A DNA stretch of 61,034 nt from the NCBI GenBank assembly GCA_964349455.1, contig CAYGGG010000002.1, forward strand, positions 1 through 61,034, written 5' to 3'. Shown here in pieces: positions 44,711-53,046 of the stretch. The stretch's first letter is position 1, and the number at the start of each line of letters is the position of its first letter. The notes beneath the pieces are model-generated. The model saw only the letters and a program-made list of their open reading frames with translations, did not search any database and had not been told where the DNA came from. This DNA comes from an uncultured Muribaculaceae bacterium (GTDB lineage: Bacteria > Bacillota_I > Bacilli_A > RF39 > UBA660). The position numbers and the translations under genes are program-made.

Positions 44711-46494
44711 TGAATATTAAGAGTCAAATAGCGCCTAAGGGCCTAGAATTTAGAGCAGCTGATTTTATTATTAGTGATAAGTATGCCACTATTTTTACAG
44801 TTATTTCTTTTCCAAAAAGAATATCTATTGCTTATCTTTCTAATTTAACAAGTATGTCAGGAGTTAAGCTAGTGATTAAGCATATTCCAATGCAATTTTC
44901 GGTTATTAGTAAAATGTTGAACAAAGAAATTGTTGATTTAAAAGAAAGATACCAAACGGAAAGAGATCGGACTTTGCAAGAACGAATTAGACAAGATTAT
45001 GAATCTTTGGAACAATTTATTTCCGCTTTAGCATCAAGTCAAGCAAAGATTTATGATTTTCAAATGCATGTAATGGTAACTGCCAATTCTGAAGATGAGT
45101 TAATGACCCGTAAATTACAAATTAGAAACTATATTGAAGCGATGGAAATGCGTGCTTTTCCACTTCGCTTTGAACAGGAAAAAGTTTTTAAATCAATGTT
45201 ACCAATCTTCCCGGCACAAGATATTGAGGAAAGAATTGGGACACCAATTCCAGCACCAACGATTGCAGCAATGTATCCGTTTATTTTTAATAGTGTAAAA
45301 GATCCGGGACTTTCAACTTTACTAGGTGTTGACTTTTCAAGAGGTGTAATTTTATTTAATCAATTTTTGTATCAAATTAAAAAAGAACATAATCGTAATA
45401 ATGCTAATATGATTATTTTAGGAACTTCGGGTAGTGGTAAATCAACCGCGGCTAAGATTATGTTACGTTCTAGTATTCGTAATGATTATCAAATTGTAGT
45501 AATTGATCCAGAAGGTGAATTAGATGAAATGACTAAAATGTATGGTGGTGATTTTATTGATTTGGGTAAAGGTGGACAATTTGGAATGATTAATCCATTG
45601 GAAATAATAATGGATTATGATGAAGAAGAAATAAAAGAAGGACTTGGATATACGGTTTTAACAAGAACGTTACAAACATTAAAAGCATTTCTAAAATATT
45701 ATGATCCAAGTGTTGAGGAAGATGTTATTACTTTGTTTAGTGAAGTTTTACAAGATACTTATCGTCGGTTTGGAATGAACTTTGAAACTGATTACACTAA
45801 GTTTACTTCAACTGATTATCCAACTTTTAAAGATGTTTATGCAACAATTAAGGGACGATTATTATCAATGGCTGATCAATCACATGAAAAAGCAATTATG
45901 GAAAAGTTAGAAATGAAAATCCGTTCAATTGTTAAAGAATTAAAATATTATTTTGATGGTCATACAACTATAAAAACAAATAGTAATTTCATTGTATTTA
46001 ATATTCGTGAATTAATGAATGCTGATAACAATATTCGAAATGCTTTGTTTTTTAACATTTTAAAGTATGCTTGGGGATTAACATTAAATAAAAATGTTAA
46101 TACGGTCTTGATGGTTGATGAAGCGCATGTTTTAATTAGTGGTAGTAATACATTAGGTGCTGAATTTTTAGCACAAGTCCAAAGAAGATCAAGAAAATAT
46201 AATACGGGAACAATTATTATTACGCAACAACCAAGTGATTTTTCTGATCAAAAAGTAATTACACAAGGTAAAGCGATTTTTGATAATGCTGCGTATTATT
46301 TAGTAATGGGTCTTAAAAAGCAAGCAGTTGAAGATTTAGGAAAATTAATCGATTTAAATGATAATGAAAAAGAAAGTATTAAGCGATATAGTCAAGGGGA
46401 AGCTTTGTTTGTTTGTGGTAACCGAAGAATGAGAATGAATGTATATGCATCCGAGCAAGAACTTGATTCGTTTGGTGGGGGCGGTGGCTTATAA
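44710..46494 (+). CDS. VirB4-family T4SS ATPase, C-terminal ATPase part
   Basis: IAPKGLEF...YATIFTVISFP. Walker A ILGTSGSGKSTAAK (~45421-45447) and Walker B VLMVDEAH, followed by RKYNTGTIIITQQPSD. Confidence 0.85.
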   Translation: MNIKSQIAPKGLEFRAADFIISDKYATIFTVISFPKRISIAYLSNLTSMSGVKLVIKHIPMQFSVISKMLNKEIVDLKERYQTERDRTLQERIRQDYESLEQFISALASSQAKIYDFQMHVMVTANSEDELMTRKLQIRNYIEAMEMRAFPLRFEQEKVFKSMLPIFPAQDIEERIGTPIPAPTIAAMYPFIFNSVKDPGLSTLLGVDFSRGVILFNQFLYQIKKEHNRNNANMIILGTSGSGKSTAAKIMLRSSIRNDYQIVVIDPEGELDEMTKMYGGDFIDLGKGGQFGMINPLEIIMDYDEEEIKEGLGYTVLTRTLQTLKAFLKYYDPSVEEDVITLFSEVLQDTYRRFGMNFETDYTKFTSTDYPTFKDVYATIKGRLLSMADQSHEKAIMEKLEMKIRSIVKELKYYFDGHTTIKTNSNFIVFNIRELMNADNNIRNALFFNILKYAWGLTLNKNVNTVLMVDEAHVLISGSNTLGAEFLAQVQRRSRKYNTGTIIITQQPSDFSDQKVITQGKAIFDNAAYYLVMGLKKQAVEDLGKLIDLNDNEKESIKRYSQGEALFVCGNRRMRMNVYASEQELDSFGGGGGL

Positions 46495-46512
46495 TAGGCA
46501 GGCGGTGATAAA

Positions 46513-49302
46513 ATGGATGATGAAAAACAAGAAGAGATAGGGGAAGAGTTAGAAGAAAATGATTCACCTAAGCAAGAGGAATTAAGGGTTGACACTAGTG
46601 ATGATACTCAAAGTAGTATAATTCAAAAGGCAACTGAGGCAAAAGAAATCATTGACAAAGCTAAAAAAATAAAGATGGTTGCTGCTGCATTGTCGGCAAT
46701 GTCACCTCTTTTTTTAATATTACTAAAAATAATGCTAGTTTTTGCGATTGCGCTTTTAATTTTAACAACCATTTTATCTTTTGTTGATCGTATTTATATT
46801 GGAATGGACAAAACATATAATTTTTTGAAATATGGAACGGCTATGGAAAGTGAAGATTTGTTTGTTGAAAAATTAAGAGCAGAATACAGGAAATACCATA
46901 CTTTTTCGAATGTTGAAGAAGAATTTGATCTGCCCTTAATTATGGCAACAGTTAATTATGCTCGCGTGATTGAACCAGAAGGACTTAATATTGAACATAT
47001 TGATACATCAATTTCACCAAAAGATACTTGGCAAATGCTTATTCCCGACAATAATGTTCGTTTTTTTTATCACGTGATGCATGATGAATTAGGTGAAATT
47101 TATACATTTAATCCGTTTGAGCGAAAGCTATTAGCACATATGGTTGGATTTAGAGTTGATAAAAAATGTGTTAAAAAACCAAAATTGGGTGCTGGTTTTT
47201 TTAATGATGTCTCTGAATTGGGTTTTGAGGTTGCAAATAGTTTAGAAGATATTACTAAGTTATTAGAAACGGTTAAATTAGAGATGACGGCTCATGATGA
47301 AACATTAAATAAAATTATAAGTTATACCCCATTTTTAAAAAATATTATTAATAAATATGGACCTGCATATACCTTTTTAATTGATATGATGGGCGCGCAA
47401 GATGCAAGTGTCGGTACTAAATTTTGGGAACGTAAAATCGAAGGTTGGGCCGCATCGTTAGACAAACAAAATCCCGCTGCGTTTATTAGTCGAATTCATG
47501 AAGCGTCACAAGAGAGTGAAGTTGTATGTAGTGATGATGAATTTGCCGTTCCGGTCCTAGTTGTTTTTATGGATTATGAATTGTATAAGCAATATTTAAT
47601 TGATTACTTTATTCCACTGTTTTACATTGATTGCAAAAACTGTCCTTATCGAGGTTTAGAAGAAGATGATCCATTTCGCCAATTGGTAATTACAAGAATG
47701 GCAAATGAAATATTTACAATGCGAGATTTGTATCGTGAATTTATTCCAAAGAATATTACTGCTTCGGGCGATATGTTTATTGGAATGGGAGCATTTATTC
47801 TTGATCCACAAAAGTGTTCACCAGCGCAAACTTTAGAAACGATTTTAGATTCGCCTTGTTTTTCCAGTTCTTATGGACCTAGAGGAAGTTTTTGGACACC
47901 AGGAGGAATGACCGGATTTTTTCATCAAGGAATTGATTTTACTCAAGCAGAAGGATCGCCGATTTTTGCTATGGCAAGTGGTAAGGTGGTTGCAAATGGA
48001 TATGGTTTTGTTAGTGGATATGGGTGGCATGTTTATATTGATCATGGTGAAATTGAGGGGAAACATTTTTTAACGCGGTATGCTCATATGGTAAAGCAAA
48101 GTGATTTGAAGGTTAATGATATTGTACATGGTGGCGATTTAATTGGCTACGTTGGAAAAACAGGAAGATCAACTGGGGATCATCTTCATTTTGAAATTCA
48201 TGTTGATGGTAGGCATACCGATCCTATTCCATATTTGCGTGATATTTTAAGCGGAACTTCACAATTTAATAATGGTGGGAATATTCAACATTATTTGATG
48301 TCTGATCATGCGAATGTACCTTATTGTGAATTACCTGATACTTTAGAAACGAATGGACAGTTACCAACTTCTTATGCAATGATTGCACATAGTTTAGTTC
48401 AAAAAACTGAACCAAGAGAAGTGGCAGAATTTATTTGTGAAAAAATGCCGGATAATCGACAAAGTATTATTAATTCGACGTTAGCTTCACAAAAATTTGA
48501 AATATATTCAGAAAAAATTCCCCCAGGCCTTCAATCAATTAGCCAAGCATTGGATGCTGGGGGACAGATATTGGTACATGTAAATGGGGGACCGTTTGAT
48601 CAAAATAAAAAAGGGAACTATTTAGCAATTGTTAAGTATGCAAATGGGCGATACTTGGTACTAGATCCAACAAGCGAATTTAGAACCCAGCCCCAAGGAT
48701 ATCTTGGTAATGATGTTTCAACAAGAATTTTAAACTTTATTGTTTCGGATGATATTTGGGCTTTTACTAGTTCAAGTGCTGGAATTGGTAATCCGGGAGG
48801 AACGCTTACAGCTTTTAATGATAAAGGATGGGCAAATCATTTGGCTGCTGAGGTGAAAAAATCTAAATTAGGATCTTTAAAACCTAAAGATGCAAATCAA
48901 TTTTTTCAAAGGGGAGTGGTTACAAATGATGGTTGGGGGAAAATATTAACAGCAATGTCTTATTTAGAATCAAGCCATCAACCAGGGTTAACGTATGATG
49001 AGGGACCAAAAATAATGGATAGAACAACAGGAAAACCGGCTCTTTCAACAGGATTGTTTCAAATGTCGCAAGGGTCAATTAGAGGATATAAGTTTCCGGG
49101 TTATGAAAAAGTGACAACTAATGATTTAAAAGACCCTTATAAAAATATTTCGATTGCTGTTCAACTTTTGGAACATTGGGTTGAAAAAGATGGATGTATT
49201 TCTTGTAAAGCAGCTAACAGTTGGCGTGGCGGAGCTCGCTATTGGGCGGTGTTAAGAGATGGAAAAGTTGAGACAATAAGAGCAGCGGTGTTAAAAAAAT
49301 AA
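46513..49302 (+). CDS. Membrane-anchored multidomain cell-wall hydrolase (M23 metallopeptidase plus C-terminal lytic-transglycosylase-like domain)
   Basis: An acidic N-terminus and one TM. M23 motifs HQGIDF (~47922) and GDHLHFEIH (~48181). SLT-like YLESS...TGLFQMSQ (~48961-49075). Confidence 0.85.
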   Translation: MDDEKQEEIGEELEENDSPKQEELRVDTSDDTQSSIIQKATEAKEIIDKAKKIKMVAAALSAMSPLFLILLKIMLVFAIALLILTTILSFVDRIYIGMDKTYNFLKYGTAMESEDLFVEKLRAEYRKYHTFSNVEEEFDLPLIMATVNYARVIEPEGLNIEHIDTSISPKDTWQMLIPDNNVRFFYHVMHDELGEIYTFNPFERKLLAHMVGFRVDKKCVKKPKLGAGFFNDVSELGFEVANSLEDITKLLETVKLEMTAHDETLNKIISYTPFLKNIINKYGPAYTFLIDMMGAQDASVGTKFWERKIEGWAASLDKQNPAAFISRIHEASQESEVVCSDDEFAVPVLVVFMDYELYKQYLIDYFIPLFYIDCKNCPYRGLEEDDPFRQLVITRMANEIFTMRDLYREFIPKNITASGDMFIGMGAFILDPQKCSPAQTLETILDSPCFSSSYGPRGSFWTPGGMTGFFHQGIDFTQAEGSPIFAMASGKVVANGYGFVSGYGWHVYIDHGEIEGKHFLTRYAHMVKQSDLKVNDIVHGGDLIGYVGKTGRSTGDHLHFEIHVDGRHTDPIPYLRDILSGTSQFNNGGNIQHYLMSDHANVPYCELPDTLETNGQLPTSYAMIAHSLVQKTEPREVAEFICEKMPDNRQSIINSTLASQKFEIYSEKIPPGLQSISQALDAGGQILVHVNGGPFDQNKKGNYLAIVKYANGRYLVLDPTSEFRTQPQGYLGNDVSTRILNFIVSDDIWAFTSSSAGIGNPGGTLTAFNDKGWANHLAAEVKKSKLGSLKPKDANQFFQRGVVTNDGWGKILTAMSYLESSHQPGLTYDEGPKIMDRTTGKPALSTGLFQMSQGSIRGYKFPGYEKVTTNDLKDPYKNISIAVQLLEHWVEKDGCISCKAANSWRGGARYWAVLRDGKVETIRAAVLKK

Positions 49303-49314
49303 GGACGGTGAAAT

Positions 49315-50016
49315 ATGAAGAATATGTTTAAAATAGTATTATTATGTTTGATTTTTTTAGGAACTTCTTGTTCTGTTAATTATGATTTAATTGTTACATC
49401 TGATAAGAAATATATTGAAAAATTAGTTGTAACAATGCCAAGAGAAGCTTATTATGAAGATGATAAGCTTGCTGAAAAACAGATTGAAGACTTAATTGAT
49501 GATTTTAAGAATTTGGAACGTGGTGCTAATTTGTATAAATACAATTACCAAATAACGAAAGAATGGGTTTATTTTACGATTAGTCAAAAACATTCTAGTT
49601 TCTTTGGTTATAAAAATTCTTTAATTTATAGTAAATTATTTGAACAAATGGAATTAGTTGAAGAGAACACTTATAAATTAACTGTTAAAGGATATTTGGT
49701 TGATAATGAAGAGGGATTGCCCTTAATATGGGAAAAAGAGATGGCTATAGAAATCCAATTTCATAATGAAGTAATATCTTCCAACGCGAATGAAACAAAT
49801 AATTTTGATAACACATATACGTGGTATTTGGATGAAAATTTAGTTGATAATGGTATTAATGTTGAATTAAGTGACAAAATTAGATATGATGTAGTGGCAA
49901 GGTATTATTTTATGCAAAATATTTTAACAATTGGTTTGGTTACAACTATTACATTATTTGCTGGATTTATTTATTATCGATGGCACAAACAAGAACAAAT
50001 TAGGAATCAATTGTAA
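49315..50016 (+). CDS. Lipoprotein with a C-terminal TM anchor, paralog 1
   Basis: LLCLIFLGTSC lipobox-like sequence and CSVNYDLIVTSDKKYIEK. C-terminal TM ILTIGLVTTITLFAGFIYY. Confidence 0.55.
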   Translation: MKNMFKIVLLCLIFLGTSCSVNYDLIVTSDKKYIEKLVVTMPREAYYEDDKLAEKQIEDLIDDFKNLERGANLYKYNYQITKEWVYFTISQKHSSFFGYKNSLIYSKLFEQMELVEENTYKLTVKGYLVDNEEGLPLIWEKEMAIEIQFHNEVISSNANETNNFDNTYTWYLDENLVDNGINVELSDKIRYDVVARYYFMQNILTIGLVTTITLFAGFIYYRWHKQEQIRNQL

Positions 50017-50028
50017 AGGAATGATATA

Positions 50029-50733
50029 ATGAAATTAAAATTATTGGGTTTATTAATTTTTGTCTTTGTTTTTTGTGGTTGTTCAATTGATTATCATTTG
50101 AAAATTACTAGTGATAAGAAATTTATTGAAGAAGTAATTTTTCGAATTGATCGAGGGGCATATCCTGAAGATGATAAAATCGCCGAAAAAATGATTAAAG
50201 ATGAATTAGATGCATACCAAGAATATGAAGAATACAACCAATATAGTTATAAACTGCGAATTACAAAAGATATTATTTACATCATTATTAATGGCGAACA
50301 TCAGAATATTGAACAATATATGGATTCGCCCCTGTATAAAAATGTATTCCAGTGGGTTGCTGCGTTTGAAGGTAGTACCTATCAATTTGAAACAACTGGA
50401 TCAAGATATGATGTAAATATGGGTGCTGATTCTGATTCATATTTTTATGTTTCGGATTTAAATGTTTATATAAAAACTCATAATAAAGTGATAAAAACAA
50501 ATGCATTAGATGAAAATTATCGAAAAAACGTTTTTCAATGGCAAATTGAAAATAATGATGTTCCTAATAAAATTGAAATCGAACTAGATTATTCGAAAAG
50601 ATATGATATAATAATGCTTGACTTTGTTTTTAATAATTTAATTACTGTTATTTCTTTTACAATTATTATTGGAACGTTAGTTGTCGTTGGTGGATATTTT
50701 ATGATGCAAAATAGATTAAAAAATAAATTATAG
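50029..50733 (+). CDS. Lipoprotein with a C-terminal TM anchor, paralog 2
   Basis: LLIFVFVFCGC lipobox-like sequence and CSIDYHLKITSDKKFIEE. Same length and architecture as 49315-50016. Confidence 0.55.
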   Translation: MKLKLLGLLIFVFVFCGCSIDYHLKITSDKKFIEEVIFRIDRGAYPEDDKIAEKMIKDELDAYQEYEEYNQYSYKLRITKDIIYIIINGEHQNIEQYMDSPLYKNVFQWVAAFEGSTYQFETTGSRYDVNMGADSDSYFYVSDLNVYIKTHNKVIKTNALDENYRKNVFQWQIENNDVPNKIEIELDYSKRYDIIMLDFVFNNLITVISFTIIIGTLVVVGGYFMMQNRLKNKL

Positions 50734-50742
50734 GAGGGTTCT

Positions 50743-52980
50743 ATGAAATTGAAGTTTAAAACTGAAGATAAAGATATTATGATATTTGCTATTTTTTGTG
50801 TTGTTCTTTTTTATATTGTAGCAATTGGATATTTAAATATTTCATTGTTAATTGCTGAAGAAAAAATTCATGGTTTCAATCCTCTCCCAGCTTTTTCTTC
50901 GACAAATTTTCCACCAGTAATGGTTTTCTTTATTGTTTTTTTAATTGTAATTGTTGCTAGTGTATCATCTTATTTTTTTAGAATGGAAAAAGGGATTGGT
51001 TTTGAAATTGGTGCAAAAGATGAAAAAGGATATACAAGATGGGCGACTGAAAAAGAAATGAAAAAACAAACCAAAATGGTGTTACCAACTGCTAAAACAA
51101 GTGAGTATGCCGGGATTCCTTTAATTAATAATGGTCGTGAAATTTGGGTTGATGATGGCGAAGCCCATAGTTTAATAATCGGTTCAACTGGTTCTGGTAA
51201 AACAGCTGGGATTGTTCATCCAATGGTTAAGATTCTTGCTAAAAAGGGAGAGTCAATGATTATTACTGATCCAAAAGGCGAGATTTATGAAGAAAATGGG
51301 GTTATGTTAAAAGAAAAGGGATATAACATTATATTACTAAATTTTCGTAATCCGCAAAGAGGTAATTCTTGGAATCCAATGCAGCTTCCTTATCAATTAT
51401 ATAAAGAGGGTAATCAGGATAAGGCAAATGAGCTTTTAGATGACTTAGCGGTTAATATTTTGTATGAAGAAGTTAAAAATGATGATCCGTTTTGGGAGAA
51501 AACTTCAGCTGATTATTTTGCAGGACTTGCTTTGGGATTGTTTGAGGATGCAAAACCAGAGGAAATAAATTTAAATAGTATTAGTTATATGGCAACTGTT
51601 GGAGAAGAGAAGTCTTTGGGGACAACTTATATTAAAGAGTACTTTAGTCATAAGAGTCAAAAATCAACTTCATATATAAGTGCAAATAGTACTTTGATTG
51701 CACCAACTGAAACAAAGGGTGGGATTTTAGCTGTTTTTCATCAAAAAATGAAAATATTTTCAGCAAGAGAGAATTTAGCTGAAATGCTTTCGCATAGTGA
51801 TTTTGATATGAAAGATATTGGGCGTAAAAAAACAGCTGTATTTTTGCTAATTCATGATGAAAAGAAAACGTATCACCCGTTGATGACAATTTTTATTAAG
51901 CAGTGTTATGAAACTTTAATTGATGTTGCTCAAGAAATGGGAGGGAAACTAGCTTTTCGTACTAATTTTATTTTAGATGAGTTTGCCAATATGCCCCCGT
52001 TAAAAGACGCAACAACGATGGTAACAGCAGCACGAAGTCGTTTGATTCGGTTTAATTTTTTTATTCAAAATTATGCTCAATTAACTCAAGTATATGGTAA
52101 AGAGAATGCTGATACGATAAAGGGCAATTGTGGGAACACGGTTTATTTAATTAGTAGTGAGCTAAGCGCCCTAGAAGAAATTAGTAAGCTTTGTGGCGAA
52201 TCAAAATCAAAGGAAAAAGATAAGACCGATTCACGTCCATTAATTACAGTGAGTGATTTACAAAGGCTAAAATTGTGGGAAGTGCTTATTATGCGGGATC
52301 GAATGATGCCATTTAAAACAAAATTTACGCCAAATTTTAAAATTGATTGGGGCTACGAAACTGATAAAGCAGAGTATATTACACGGATTAAAAATCCAAT
52401 TGATGTTTTTGATATAAAAATGTTTGTTGAAAACAAAAGAAAATCATTGTTTGAAACGGCTACCAAAGCACTAGATGATAAACCAAAACCAATGGCATCG
52501 AATGCAAAACCAGAGTTGGATTTGGATGCTTTAATTCAAAGAATGGATCAAAAGATTGCTGAACTTGAAAAAGAAGAACTTGAAAAAACGAAACAAGGAA
52601 AGGGACAAAGAGCGATTGCAATTAGTGATAAAAAGGACGAAAAACTTCCTTTTGAAAAAGAATCTGAAATTGTTAAAGACGATATATTCATTGTAAATGA
52701 AGAACCCGTTGTAAAAGAAGAACCAAAGATAGAAGTAAAAATACCGGTGAAAGAAGAAATAAAGGTAGAAGTAAAACCACTAGTGAAGGAAGAACCGAAA
52801 ATGGAAATAAAACCGCCAGTGGTTGCTAAACCTGAGGAAAAAGTAAAACCAAAAATCGATTTAACTGATTTTGATGAGGAAGATGGTAATTTAGAGAAAC
52901 ATGAAGAAAATATTAAAACTGAGAAAAAAGGATTTATTACCGATGATCAATTTTTTGATGATTTCTTTGGTGATGAATAG
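50743..52980 (+). CDS. VirD4/TraG-family type IV coupling protein with a K/E/P-rich repetitive C-terminal tail
   Basis: Two N-terminal TMs. Walker A IIGSTGSGKTAG (~51181-51207) and Walker B FILDEFANMP, followed by GNCGNTVYL. Confidence 0.85.
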   Translation: MKLKFKTEDKDIMIFAIFCVVLFYIVAIGYLNISLLIAEEKIHGFNPLPAFSSTNFPPVMVFFIVFLIVIVASVSSYFFRMEKGIGFEIGAKDEKGYTRWATEKEMKKQTKMVLPTAKTSEYAGIPLINNGREIWVDDGEAHSLIIGSTGSGKTAGIVHPMVKILAKKGESMIITDPKGEIYEENGVMLKEKGYNIILLNFRNPQRGNSWNPMQLPYQLYKEGNQDKANELLDDLAVNILYEEVKNDDPFWEKTSADYFAGLALGLFEDAKPEEINLNSISYMATVGEEKSLGTTYIKEYFSHKSQKSTSYISANSTLIAPTETKGGILAVFHQKMKIFSARENLAEMLSHSDFDMKDIGRKKTAVFLLIHDEKKTYHPLMTIFIKQCYETLIDVAQEMGGKLAFRTNFILDEFANMPPLKDATTMVTAARSRLIRFNFFIQNYAQLTQVYGKENADTIKGNCGNTVYLISSELSALEEISKLCGESKSKEKDKTDSRPLITVSDLQRLKLWEVLIMRDRMMPFKTKFTPNFKIDWGYETDKAEYITRIKNPIDVFDIKMFVENKRKSLFETATKALDDKPKPMASNAKPELDLDALIQRMDQKIAELEKEELEKTKQGKGQRAIAISDKKDEKLPFEKESEIVKDDIFIVNEEPVVKEEPKIEVKIPVKEEIKVEVKPLVKEEPKMEIKPPVVAKPEEKVKPKIDLTDFDEEDGNLEKHEENIKTEKKGFITDDQFFDDFFGDE
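52699..52856 (+). repeat. Imperfect in-frame repeats encoding VKEEPK(I/M)E(V/I)K-like units
   Basis: EEPVVKEEPKIEVKIPVKEEIKVEVKPLVKEEPKMEIKPPVVAKPEEKVKPK. Coordinates are approximate. Confidence 0.6.
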
Positions 52981-52999
52981 TGCTTTTAAGCACTTTTTT
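52979..52999 (+). terminator. Terminator ending the island
   Basis: AGTGCTT/AAGCACT inverted repeat overlapping the stop codon, followed by T6. Confidence 0.6.
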
Positions 53000-53001
53000 G
53001 T

Positions 53002-53030
53002 TTGAATTTTTTCTTTTTAAATGCTATACT
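53002..53030 (+). promoter_or_regulatory. Sigma-A promoter of rmuC
   Basis: TTGAAT (53002-53007), a 17-nt spacer, TGc then TATACT (53025-53030). Confidence 0.6.
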
Positions 53031-53046
53031 ACAAGGGAGGGATAAT

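Larger units (their letters stand above)
24651..52980 (+). other. ~28-kb single-strand island: Tad/Flp-type pilus module plus Gram-positive-type T4SS plus giant Cys-rich secreted paralogs; no relaxase or integrase recognised
   Basis: There are 25 tightly packed co-directional ORFs. The only strong internal punctuation is one terminator (40602-40626) with a downstream promoter (40668-40676), and an internal promoter at 38049-38077. See the individual features. Confidence 0.7.

Noticed and set aside
24651-52980. Reading the island as an ordinary integrative conjugative element or a prophage.
   Set aside because: - No relaxase, integrase/recombinase, excisionase, replication initiator or border repeats were recognised.
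- No capsid, terminase, portal or tail genes were recognised.
- ICE status cannot be fully excluded without HMM searches and the whole genome, so it is kept as the main refutation test of the top finding.
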